Assembly (NCBI GenBank): GCA_963726255.1
Contig: CAVSBL010000002.1
Coordinates: forward strand, 1,344,001-1,408,000
Direction: 5' to 3'
Length of the DNA stretch: 64,000 nucleotides
Origin: Candidatus Bathyarchaeota archaeon
Lineage (GTDB): Archaea > Thermoproteota > Bathyarchaeia > 40CM-2-53-6
Shown here: piece by piece, positions 1 to 8,903 of the stretch
Layout of the letters: each line of letters starts with the position of its first letter
Position numbering within the stretch: the first letter of the stretch is position 1
Made by a program: the position numbers and the translations under genes
Notes under the pieces: generated by a model
The model's database searches: none
What the model was told of the DNA's origin: nothing
What the model saw: only the letters and a program-made list of their open reading frames with translations

Positions 1-194
1 GGATTGCCTCGTGTCACTATTGCTATTAGCGCGTCGGAGTTTTCGATAGCAATTTGTATCTTTTCGAAGAGAGGCTTTCCTAGCTGCGGATCATGCTCAG
101 CTGTATAGACTTTGATGCCCCTCATCTGAAGACAGGTTTTCATTAGGTTCATGATTTCCCTATCATCAAATGCGTAACTGATGAAAACCTGCAC
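1..194 (-). CDS. TIR-domain protein, N-terminal part (runs off the left edge; not in ORF track)
   Basis: Manual translation from GTG at 194: MQVFISYAFDDREIMNLMKTCLQMRGIKVYTAEHDPQLGKPLFEKIQIAIENSDALIAIVTRGN. The VFISY...D and G...I...I.NS..LI pattern fits the TIR N-terminal strands and helices. Confidence 0.8.
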   Translation of the reverse strand, partial: MQVFISYAFDDREIMNLMKTCLQMRGIKVYTAEHDPQLGKPLFEKIQIAIENSDALIAIVTRGN

Positions 195-287
195 GAGCGA
201 TTCGCCTGCCGCACTTCCTCTTGAAAAAGGAGGTATCCTTCCAAAATAATAAAGCCGCAGTTGACTTAACGCATACTGCGAGGACGA

Positions 288-893
288 GTGTTGGGACTAT
301 TCATCGTCTTTGGTGTCAATGTTGGTAACTTGGGTCGCGTTTTCGGACGAAAGGAAGCTATGGATAAGTGGGTTGGTGAAATGAATAAGAAACTTACTAG
401 TCATCCATCGTCAACCAGGATCATTGACTGGTATGGACATACGGGCAACTTTGTAATCGAGTCTTCCGGAACTGATAGTTTGGAACTCGCCAACGAGCTG
501 ACATCGGTGCTTGAGACAACTTGCGCAGCGCTAACCTATGATGAGGCAGTCGCCTTTGTATCCGCTGCAGAGAAAGCTGCCTCCCCAGCGCCCCTGGGAG
601 GAAAACGGTGGACGAACGGAATCGCTTTTGCGGTAAAAGGCCCACCTTGCCAATCCGTTCCGAAACCAACCAGCCATGCGACATTCTTCCAGATCAGTGA
701 ACGCGCTGTGGGAGCATGGAAGGAAGACCAGCTGACACAAAATGGAACCTTGGACAGAGAGAAACGCGGGGGCGGTTGGGGAGCGGTGTCAGATGATGTC
801 TCAAGGGCGGTTGGCGGAGTTTGGACTGCGCGTAGCCTGCGAACCGTAATAGGTACGCTTGAAAAGGCACGACAACACACCGGGCAGCGATGA
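288..893 (+). CDS. DUF1697-like protein (divergent)
   Basis: FGVNVG, TGNFVIES and C-terminal WTARSLRTV resemble DUF1697 motifs (RGINVG, SGNVVF, TARNWNTV). Confidence 0.55.
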   Translation: MLGLFIVFGVNVGNLGRVFGRKEAMDKWVGEMNKKLTSHPSSTRIIDWYGHTGNFVIESSGTDSLELANELTSVLETTCAALTYDEAVAFVSAAEKAASPAPLGGKRWTNGIAFAVKGPPCQSVPKPTSHATFFQISERAVGAWKEDQLTQNGTLDREKRGGGWGAVSDDVSRAVGGVWTARSLRTVIGTLEKARQHTGQR

Positions 894-896
894 CCA

Positions 897-1475
897 ATGC
901 TACAGGGCGCTTGGACCGCGCAAGCTGCTCGCAAGCTATCAGCGATGTTCGATTCTCTGGGCTTCGATGTCCTTTGCGCTCATCAGGACAGGAGAGTTAG
1001 GAAAGATGAGAACTCTCAAGTCAGGCTGGGACAGATCATTTCCTGGATTGGTTCAGAATTCAAGCCCGCTTCCAGGCTAGCGTTTCCAGATATTGCAATT
1101 GTCCATCAAGCCTCAAACAAAGTCATCCTTTTGGCTGAAGTTGAGGAAAGCAAAGCTTCACCCAAGGTTGTGATTGCAGACCTATTTGCCACTTTACTTG
1201 GTGACCACATCACATTCGGGCGTGACCACAAAGAAGAACTGAAAATCGGTCCTTGGATGACCTTCAGCGTTTTTGCTAAGTCAATTGGGCGTGGGTCAGG
1301 AGAACAACAGCTTCAATCGTTAGCGGGGAGGTTTAATGAGGTAAGAAAATGCTTCCTTACTCCAAATGCTTCCGTAGGGCAAATCATCATTGAAACATAT
1401 CGAAGCGAAAAAGAGCTCGAAGATAAGTTGATAGCTCAGACCGAGAGCGCAATGGAAGAATTCAGAAGGACATAA
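897..1475 (+). CDS. putative PD-(D/E)XK-fold nuclease-like protein
   Basis: FPDIAIV...LLAEVEES motif; starts 3 bp after the preceding ORF. Confidence 0.45.
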   Translation: MLQGAWTAQAARKLSAMFDSLGFDVLCAHQDRRVRKDENSQVRLGQIISWIGSEFKPASRLAFPDIAIVHQASNKVILLAEVEESKASPKVVIADLFATLLGDHITFGRDHKEELKIGPWMTFSVFAKSIGRGSGEQQLQSLAGRFNEVRKCFLTPNASVGQIIIETYRSEKELEDKLIAQTESAMEEFRRT

Positions 1476-1512
1476 ACGCTTCTGGGTGGAAGGTCAACTA
1501 GCGTGTGGCTAC

Positions 1513-2019
1513 TCACTTGCGTTGTGCGTGACCGCGTTTGGTCCAAGCTGTCCGAATTTTCTTTCGGCCGTCTTTTGTCAGCAACGTCTCAGCCATTAGA
1601 AAGGCAACGAGGATGACTATTATTGGGAGAAGAAAGAACGCTGCTGCCAAGATTAGTAACATGATTCCCAACAGGTATGCGGCACGACCGAGGCCATACG
1701 CAAACTCAAAGACTGCCCTGAGCGGGCGGCTATACCATCTGTCCGCGGGCACCATTTGATCCGCGAGCGCAACCGCGACGAGGATGACGTAGGCAGCCCA
1801 CACGTACATTATTTGGTCCGAGTTGATCGTGATGGCAGGAAATTTCACATTTAGAATCGACGATGGTGTATGCCCTAGTAGGATAGGGCCTTGAGGTGTT
1901 GCAATTTGGCGAAGGTAATAAAGAATCGCGATTGCTCCCACGGCGAACACACCACGAATCCTCTCGCGACTCAGTTGCTCTTTGCTCAACACCTGCAGCG
2001 TATGTCGCTTCCTGGACAA
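1513..2019 (-). CDS. hypothetical membrane protein
   Basis: About 3 hydrophobic segments and a basic C-terminal tail. Confidence 0.6.
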   Translation of the reverse strand: MSRKRHTLQVLSKEQLSRERIRGVFAVGAIAILYYLRQIATPQGPILLGHTPSSILNVKFPAITINSDQIMYVWAAYVILVAVALADQMVPADRWYSRPLRAVFEFAYGLGRAAYLLGIMLLILAAAFFLLPIIVILVAFLMAETLLTKDGRKKIRTAWTKRGHAQRK

Positions 2020-2514
2020 GAGTGGTCCCTCTTGAAAGGGAGCCGAGATGAGAAATATAACGTATTTTCAACGAGCCTGATTTCTTGAAAGTCTTACCGG
2101 GTTTCCCCTGAAAGCTACAGTGGCATTGTTGTTGTTCGATCGTGCTCGGCGTTGTCATGTTAGTTCAAGGTCTCAATGCGTCTAGCATGATTATCGAATT
2201 AGGGTGACAGAGAAATATGCCGCTTGCACTTGGAATCCAAGTTGGAGTGCGTTGTTTGTTTTGGTTATTTCCGATACCTGCTCATCAGGATCAAGATGGG
2301 TGAGTCTTTGTCCCGCAGCCAGCAAATCCAATAAGCACATAGGCGGAAATGCAATCGAGCGCTTCGATTTGAGACAAGAATCAACCAAACTGCGAGAAAG
2401 TCGAAGTGGACTTGCTAGGAACAAGGATCAGAGTTTTTGGATCGACAAGCTAATTTCAAAATATCCTCTTCCAGGCGGTAATCGCAATGTTTCGGTAAGA
2501 GTGGCGAATCTGTT

Positions 2515-3105
2515 GTGTTCAGTTTCCATACTTGGATTCCGTTTGAAATATCGCCTTTCCTTGCACTGGCTGCGATATTCGGAGTACCGGCAACCATAGA
2601 GATCCTTCTCCGTCGAGTGCTTGACAAGAGGATTCGTGGCCCGCGTAAACGAAGCCTTGTCTCTCTCGGTCTAGCGCTTTTCGCCTTCTTCCTGATGTTC
2701 TCTTGGTACCTGTCGTTCTGCGGGAATTGCGCGTGGGCAATGGGTTTCCTCAAGATCGGACTTTTCGCAGCCGTTATCCCCACGGCCATGCTTGGCTTTG
2801 CAGTTTACGCTTTGAGGGAGATATGGCTGAAGATCAGAGATTACAGATTTGCACGATATGTCCGGGTGATGTTTATGTTGTCCATTTGTTTGGTCCTTTC
2901 ATCGATTTCATCACGATTCCTTCCCTTGATGTTTCTGGCTCTGATTTGGGGGATTGGGCTGCTTGTTGGCACGTTCGGAAAACCTGAGCAGCCAGAGATG
3001 GCAGCGATTGACGTGATTTCTTGGGGTCTGGGTGTTGCATCCTTTATCGTGTTCTTTTTCGATTGGATACTTGTGGTCGTAGTGCTGGAGTACTTATTTT
3101 TCTAA
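2515..3105 (+). CDS. hypothetical polytopic membrane protein
   Basis: About 6 hydrophobic segments. Confidence 0.6.
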   Translation: MFSFHTWIPFEISPFLALAAIFGVPATIEILLRRVLDKRIRGPRKRSLVSLGLALFAFFLMFSWYLSFCGNCAWAMGFLKIGLFAAVIPTAMLGFAVYALREIWLKIRDYRFARYVRVMFMLSICLVLSSISSRFLPLMFLALIWGIGLLVGTFGKPEQPEMAAIDVISWGLGVASFIVFFFDWILVVVVLEYLFF

Positions 3106-3281
3106 AATTCGGATGTCAAACACTGCTAGCTGTTCGTCGGTTGGCACTTAGAAAATAGTCCCTGGACTCTTGAGTGTGCAATGTCCCACCATAACGTGGG
3201 AACATATCGCAATGGCCCCAGGAACAACCCGTTATGGTACCTTCAACGGCGCGCCCCGAACTAAGAATTGTGAGTGTCCAA

Positions 3282-4565
3282 TTAGCACGTGGATACGTCC
3301 GGGTCGAATAAGGAATCACAACCTGAGAATGATCTTATGTCTATGAAGTTTATGTCTCTGCAATAATCCAAAGTCGCATCGATTTCTTGATTTGAGCTGA
3401 ATGGGCCTAGCTGCGCGTCAATTTGGTTGAGTTCTTTTTCTTCACGTGCTGTAATGGCTCCACGGGCAAACAGTTGTACAAAGTTTCTGGCACCAAAAGA
3501 ACGCAAATAGCGGATTGCAGTTTTTTCATCAACATAACCCGCTCCAACTTCATGCGGTTTTCCATCCATCTGGACCGCCATCGCCTGAAGCATCATCTTG
3601 ACGGTCTCTGGCGCGGTTGAAATAGCACAGGGTATGTTTCTGCTCCTCAGAAATTCGTCAAGCGCGATGAGTTTGCCACCTACTTCAGGCAAAATGCGGA
3701 CTCGCCCCCCTGCTAGGCGCTTAGGTACTTTAGTCTCATCGACTCCGGTGTCTACAATTGCGATGCAATACTCATCTCCAACGGTAATGGCTTGAGAATT
3801 CTTGTCCATGAATGACCGAAGAGTTTCAATAAATTCGATGCATACCAAGGCAAGGAAGGAGACCCGTGGAGCAGCGAAGCTTGTCCAAGATCCTGGAGGT
3901 GGCATTGGGCCATCTCCGACCTCCGGGCCCTCACCTATTGCAACGACGGTAGGAATGTGTAGCCCATCAGCGGGGTCTCCGCGTGATGAGGTGTTAGCGA
4001 GGGTTGTCTGATTTATGGCTGCTCCAACTCCAATGACCCAAGGTGCAGCAGACCACGGATTCAAGGTTGCATTTTGTGGGCCCCAGTTTCCCGCAGCAAC
4101 AACTACGGTTATGCCTTGCTCGAACGCCCGTTTTGTCGCAAGATTAACTGGGTCATTTGGAACGAAAGGTTTTGCATTGAAAGGCGGGTAAGGACCATGT
4201 CCGATATTCATCACTCGAATGTTGTACTTTGCTCTGTTCTGAATTCCCCAGCCTATTCCTTTGACTGCTGGACGGTATTTCCTAAACCCAACATACAGGA
4301 CTCCAGGATGTGTGGCGATTGTTTCAAGCGCAGTAACAGGCACTTCAGCAAAGTACGTGTCTATGAATGTCAGATGTTCGATCACAGTGGCTCCAACCTG
4401 TTCTAGGAGCGCAAGTACTTGTTGGGTCTGTTGTGGAGCCAATGAAATTAGAACCCTCACTCGAAGTCCGGAAACGGACAAAGTTGCAAAAATCTCGGGG
4501 TCAATTTTGCTCCGAGCTAGTTCAGGTGCGCTCGAATTAAGCAACGATTTCATCACGGCGATCAA
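3282..4565 (-). CDS. S8 subtilisin-like protease with I9-like propeptide and rearranged catalytic motifs
   Basis: Propeptide-like N-terminus; VVVAAGN oxyanion motif; SSRG; WTSFAAP nucleophile motif; IAIVDTGVD located C-terminal to the Ser; GAGYVD near the C-terminus. Confidence 0.8.
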   Translation of the reverse strand: MIAVMKSLLNSSAPELARSKIDPEIFATLSVSGLRVRVLISLAPQQTQQVLALLEQVGATVIEHLTFIDTYFAEVPVTALETIATHPGVLYVGFRKYRPAVKGIGWGIQNRAKYNIRVMNIGHGPYPPFNAKPFVPNDPVNLATKRAFEQGITVVVAAGNWGPQNATLNPWSAAPWVIGVGAAINQTTLANTSSRGDPADGLHIPTVVAIGEGPEVGDGPMPPPGSWTSFAAPRVSFLALVCIEFIETLRSFMDKNSQAITVGDEYCIAIVDTGVDETKVPKRLAGGRVRILPEVGGKLIALDEFLRSRNIPCAISTAPETVKMMLQAMAVQMDGKPHEVGAGYVDEKTAIRYLRSFGARNFVQLFARGAITAREEKELNQIDAQLGPFSSNQEIDATLDYCRDINFIDIRSFSGCDSLFDPDVSTC

Positions 4566-4569
4566 TCGA

Positions 4570-4806
4570 TTAGAAAAGCTTGTTTTTCGGGCTTGTTGCG
4601 TTGTGACTTCTTACGTTCTTCTTCAATGTATTTTTCAGCCTATCAACACCTTCTGGGCCTGCTCTTTTTGCAAACCACAGCCAGTTCCTCAGCCATCTCC
4701 CCTCGTCATCGGTCAGTCCTTTTCTCATCATATATGCAAAGTCACGGAGCACCACGAAAAACTTGCCTTCAATGATGGCTTTTCCAGCAGGTTCAAGGTC
4801 GAGCAA
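4570..4806 (-). CDS. small hypothetical protein directly upstream of the subtilase (start uncertain, frame stays open further 5')
   Basis: Ends 4 bp before the protease ORF; the frame continues upstream as IENIFEEAWTSISIKKIRR. Confidence 0.4.
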   Translation of the reverse strand: MLDLEPAGKAIIEGKFFVVLRDFAYMMRKGLTDDEGRWLRNWLWFAKRAGPEGVDRLKNTLKKNVRSHNATSPKNKLF

Positions 4807-4895
4807 GCGTCTAATCTTCTTAATTGAAATGCTCGTCCACGCCTCTTCGAAAATGTTCTCAATTCGGGGACCGTGGCTATTAGCTACGTGACTGC

Positions 4896-5798
4896 TTACT
4901 TCCCCGGCTTGCCTTTGGAAGGAGCTTTCTTGCTCTTTTTTCTTCTATGGAGGTATATATCAACAACTACAGCAGTTGTACCAATTGCGCTGATTATACC
5001 GGCGATGGATCCTAGTTTGGCCCACAGATCACTCTGAGCAGCGACTTCAACGATTATGCTCGTGGCACCCATGGCGGATACAGTAGAAGTGACAAGTTGC
5101 TGGTTTGCAGTTATTCCCCCGGTCGCTTGACTGACCCGTTCGGATATTCCCGAAACATCTACGTAATCATAACGTATAGTGGATACCCAGCCGGAAAAAA
5201 GGTATAGTGACGCAAGTTCTCCCGATGGATCAACCTCGAGGTAGGTATTCATCACTTTCCCTGCGGAGTAGAGAAGCAAGGTGTTACCCTTCTTTTCTAT
5301 GATTAAGCTGACCGGGACATTTTCCTGGGGAGCGTAGCCACCGAATCTGAGGACTTTTACTCCGTCCCGATAGAGCACGAATTCAGGGTAGAACCCGTCC
5401 CCGCCCCAGATGTACTGATGCAGCGTTGTATTCACTCCGATTTGGATTGAACCGTACTCGCGCCCTACCCAATACCCTTGCGCACCTGCCTTCCAGTCGT
5501 AAATGGAAGTTGGAAATCCGCTGCGCAATACGGTCACTCCTCTGGAGCCGTCGTTGTCCATTTGTATACCATTTCCAGGGAAGCTAATCAGATCACTAGA
5601 GCCCAAGATCGACCAGCCAGCATTTTGAAAGCCGGCGAGGCTTGTGTACCTGAATTCGTCAGCCCACTCAAAGTGAGTTTGTTGAGGAGTAAATCCAGAG
5701 ACAGCGGTGCCTGGAAATAATACCATCAAAAAGAGCATGCTGAGAGCGAAGAATACGCGACTGATTGTCATCAAGGACAACTTAACTGACGTGCTCAT
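4896..5798 (-). CDS. secreted, C-terminally membrane-anchored ConA/lectin-like beta-sandwich protein (paralog A)
   Basis: Signal peptide, beta-rich domain ending YDYVDVS, Ser/Thr linker, TM helix and Lys/Arg tail. Confidence 0.65.
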   Translation of the reverse strand: MSTSVKLSLMTISRVFFALSMLFLMVLFPGTAVSGFTPQQTHFEWADEFRYTSLAGFQNAGWSILGSSDLISFPGNGIQMDNDGSRGVTVLRSGFPTSIYDWKAGAQGYWVGREYGSIQIGVNTTLHQYIWGGDGFYPEFVLYRDGVKVLRFGGYAPQENVPVSLIIEKKGNTLLLYSAGKVMNTYLEVDPSGELASLYLFSGWVSTIRYDYVDVSGISERVSQATGGITANQQLVTSTVSAMGATSIIVEVAAQSDLWAKLGSIAGIISAIGTTAVVVDIYLHRRKKSKKAPSKGKPGK

Positions 5799-6082
5799 TC
5801 CCTTCGCATTCTACAGGTGAATGATTGACCTTTAACTTGAGGTTCTCAACCCATTCGACGGTAAATTGGAATCTTCCCATGAATTAAGCATCTGTTATAT
5901 TCATTTAAATCAAATTACTGAATCCCCTCGCGTCGCTTTTCTTGTCTACGGTTTTCTAGCAAGATCTGGACGAAAACTTCAGAGGCTTGTCATCGTCACC
6001 GGAGCTCAGTGGATAATACTGTACTTACTAGTGATATGTTTGCAAACATTCGTCGTCTAGTTGAGATTATTAACCTATTCAA

Positions 6083-6111
6083 TGTGTGAGTGCACCATTA
6101 AACCCACACAC
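6083..6111 (-). repeat. quasi-palindromic intergenic repeat, inverted divergent copy
   Basis: Reverse complement GTGTGTGGGTTTAATGGTGCACTCACACA vs consensus GTGTGTGGGTCAGCTGGTGCGCACACACA. Confidence 0.65.
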
Positions 6112-6125
6112 GAAAACTCTGAACA

Positions 6126-6629
6126 TCAGATTCTCGCACGAATCGAGAACGTTCGTGCCTCTACGTCGTCGAGGAATGTGTCTAAGTGTTCTTTTGCGAA
6201 CAGTGCTCCAAACTTCCAATCTCCTTCTCTAAAATCGACGAAGGTGCAGTCCATTCGCAATTCTTTCGTAGCTTCAACCTCTGGAGCACCCAGGATGAAT
6301 GGCAGTTTTGCACGACCATATACTGATGATTGCAAAAGAACTGAGTCTCCAACAAGGCGCCTAGCTTCATCCATTTTCATCTTATGTGCCTGGCTTCCCC
6401 GAAACAATTGCAGATCTACAGCCGGTTGACTTTTCTCCAGAGTCTGACAGAGCAGGCTCGCCTTTCCCAGTTCTTCTGCAGCATACATTGCCAGCAAAGT
6501 AGCGTGTTCTACGCTGCTGTCATTCAGAAGCAACCTAGCGTCTCGTACGTATCGAGACACATTATCCAAAATCATTTGAATTCCCTCCAACATCGTCTCC
6601 TTCGAGATGAATTGTTTCTTCAAGTGCAA
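6126..6629 (-). CDS. AbiV-family abortive infection protein (HEPN-like)
   Basis: N...DARLLL...A..AAEELGKA, H.MK and R...TFVD motifs typical of AbiV. Confidence 0.75.
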   Translation of the reverse strand: MHLKKQFISKETMLEGIQMILDNVSRYVRDARLLLNDSSVEHATLLAMYAAEELGKASLLCQTLEKSQPAVDLQLFRGSQAHKMKMDEARRLVGDSVLLQSSVYGRAKLPFILGAPEVEATKELRMDCTFVDFREGDWKFGALFAKEHLDTFLDDVEARTFSIRARI

Positions 6630-6690
6630 TCACATCGACTTAGTGGCATTTTGTCGATGATGGCGTGTAGCTGCAAAAAACCTCGACTTG

Positions 6691-6721
6691 GTGTGTGCTG
6701 GTGTAATGGCGCGCAGACGCA
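6691..6721 (+). repeat. quasi-palindromic intergenic repeat, degenerate copy
   Basis: GTGTGTGCTGGTGTAATGGCGCGCAGACGCA; shares GGT.TAATGG.GC with the 6083 copy. Confidence 0.5.
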
Positions 6722-6808
6722 AGGAAATCAGCGAAATAGTCTGAATTTCTAACGCTCGCACAATTGATACCACACAAAACAAGCATGCTTCGCCATGGGC
6801 ACCGAACA

Positions 6809-7726
6809 CTAGGCCGTTGTTTTCTTCTTTCTGAAGAACTGGAGGTAAATGGAGAGGATACCCAAAGATATCGCGGCTATTGTTCCGACTATTGTTGCTA
6901 TAGATGCGTACGTGCTCAACTGGTCATTCTCTCGAATAGTCAAGTATTGGGTATATACGCTCGTAAAGCCGTTGGATGAGACTGCGCCGGTCGTAGCGGT
7001 AATAGAAGCACTGGATTGCGCTGCACTGGTGTACGTTGTCGGAAAAGGCGAAGGATTAGAGCTCACGACGATATTGTCAAACTCGGTCACGGTTGGCCAC
7101 CATGGTCCAAGGCCGAAACCGGTCAATATGACATTATGTGTTTCAATAGCAGTCGTGACCAAATTGTCGTTGTAGTAGAAGCGAAGCTGATTTGAAACTC
7201 TTTCAACAGCCAATGTAACCCATGTGCCAAATGCCTGAGGAGTATAACCCGGTACTGTTGCCGTGTTCATGCCTACCCCAGACGGTTCATACTTTATGAA
7301 GCTAAATGACTCCCGACCGGGATATCCATCCGCTCCCCAGTGGTAGAAATAACCAGGATTTGCATACCCGGGGACAACTCCATCAACATACACGTCCAGC
7401 TGTATACTGAAATAACCCGACAAGACTGTAAGCCTAGCCTCGACCTTCCAATCTGAGACCACATTGAGGTTCGTATATGTCACGTAACCGTTTACGGCGC
7501 CTGTATTTTTCAAGGTTAGAAGCCCTCCTGCGATCGATACCAACTCCGGGTGTCGTTGTATCACGTATCCAGCCCCCTGCAAATCCGAGAGTGATGAGTA
7601 GTTGAAGTCATCAGAGAATACTTGGGTTCCATTTTGCCTGACGGTCATCTCTGTACCTGAGAAGTAAGTTGGGAGCACCAGAATTGTTAGAAGTAGGAAG
7701 ACTCGACCAGCTGAACCCAATTTCAC
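6809..7726 (-). CDS. secreted, membrane-anchored ConA/lectin-like protein (paralog B)
   Basis: Aligns by eye with 4896-5798: DDFNYSSL/DEFRYTSL, YHWGADGY/YIWGGDGF, GYTPQ/GYAPQ, TM plus basic tail. Confidence 0.65.
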   Translation of the reverse strand: MKLGSAGRVFLLLTILVLPTYFSGTEMTVRQNGTQVFSDDFNYSSLSDLQGAGYVIQRHPELVSIAGGLLTLKNTGAVNGYVTYTNLNVVSDWKVEARLTVLSGYFSIQLDVYVDGVVPGYANPGYFYHWGADGYPGRESFSFIKYEPSGVGMNTATVPGYTPQAFGTWVTLAVERVSNQLRFYYNDNLVTTAIETHNVILTGFGLGPWWPTVTEFDNIVVSSNPSPFPTTYTSAAQSSASITATTGAVSSNGFTSVYTQYLTIRENDQLSTYASIATIVGTIAAISLGILSIYLQFFRKKKTTA

Positions 7727-7880
7727 CGCCCTACAAGCAGTTCGCTAAGCATATTAAAACTGGGTAACCCGATAAATATGCGATAATAGCGATTGGGGGA
7801 GGGCAAAGGCTAGCGGACGACTATGCGATCGCCGTAAGGCCAGTGCATGTCAGATTAGTGACGCAAGCGATTCCAGCGCT

Positions 7881-7907
7881 AAGAGAACTCTCAGTCAAAG
7901 TTCTCTT
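7881..7907. promoter_or_regulatory. 9-bp inverted repeat upstream of the HEPN-like gene
   Basis: AAGAGAACT-N9-AGTTCTCTT. Confidence 0.35.
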
Positions 7908-7956
7908 GGTAAATGATAACGACATCCAACCTTTGGACTAAGCGACAGGTGTTTAT

Positions 7957-8874
7957 TTGACTTCGAATCTGGACAAAGCTTTCTCATATTCAGTGAAAGA
8001 ACTCAGACTCGGCACGATGAAGAAGTCGCTAGGAGAACTTTATGACGATGTAGTGAGAAGTCATGACGCAATTCATGAATTTCTCCTCCTCGCTCCTTCA
8101 ATGTACCCACGAGGAAATTCAAACCATCCGTCTTGGCATGGAAAATCTGCGTTTCTTACATATCATTGGGATACATTCGATTTAGCTCACAGTTCCTACT
8201 ACGAGTCACTTCTGGCAAACTACAGTGCGGGCTTCATCCTACTGAGAGCGACACTTGAACTTCTTATCAGGGGTGTCTTTTTCGAGTGCTTAGCGCATAA
8301 GAGGTTCAGAGAGCAATCCGCAATACTGGATAAAGACAGGAGCGGCAGGAGACTCAAACAATTCCTCAACGACCTTCTTGCCCGCCGACCGAGTATTGAA
8401 CGAGACCTCGAGACTATTTCAGTTGCGATCCATGACAAGACATCGAGGATCATGGATGAACAGAAGTTCAGACCATCAAACTCAATCATGTTGAGGCAGC
8501 TTGCAAAATGGGGAATACTCGAAGGAATCGAAGCACCTGTTACGACAGTCTCGCACATCTATCGTAAATTATCCGGAGACGTTCACGCCCATCCGAACAG
8601 AACAGGTGTCGGCAGGATTCTCATTTACCGACCCCGTGACCTCTTCGAACCCAAGAAGGTGCTGCGGAGAGTTCTCGCTGAGTACCTCAGGGACTTAAGG
8701 AAAGTTACCGACATTGGAATCGTTATGACGATGAACCTGCTGAAGGAGAATCTTGAACAATTCCCACAGACTCAAGATCGGCTTCGATCAGCATTCCAGC
8801 AAAGGTTCAGAGACTTAGGGCTGAAATATGCATCAGGAAGGCTCTCAAATCTACTCCACGTCAACCATCGTTGA
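7957..8874 (+). CDS. HEPN-like (DUF5677-type) protein
   Basis: FILLRATLE and YRKLSGDVH motifs. Confidence 0.55.
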   Translation: MTSNLDKAFSYSVKELRLGTMKKSLGELYDDVVRSHDAIHEFLLLAPSMYPRGNSNHPSWHGKSAFLTYHWDTFDLAHSSYYESLLANYSAGFILLRATLELLIRGVFFECLAHKRFREQSAILDKDRSGRRLKQFLNDLLARRPSIERDLETISVAIHDKTSRIMDEQKFRPSNSIMLRQLAKWGILEGIEAPVTTVSHIYRKLSGDVHAHPNRTGVGRILIYRPRDLFEPKKVLRRVLAEYLRDLRKVTDIGIVMTMNLLKENLEQFPQTQDRLRSAFQQRFRDLGLKYASGRLSNLLHVNHR

Positions 8875-8903
8875 ATCGCCCTCCGGATGGATATGCGAGA
8901 AAA

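Noticed and set aside
2020-2514. ORFs 1730-2158, 2191-2424 and 2204-2599 as genes
   Set aside because: No recognisable motifs, unusual composition, and overlap with better-supported ORFs or with each other.
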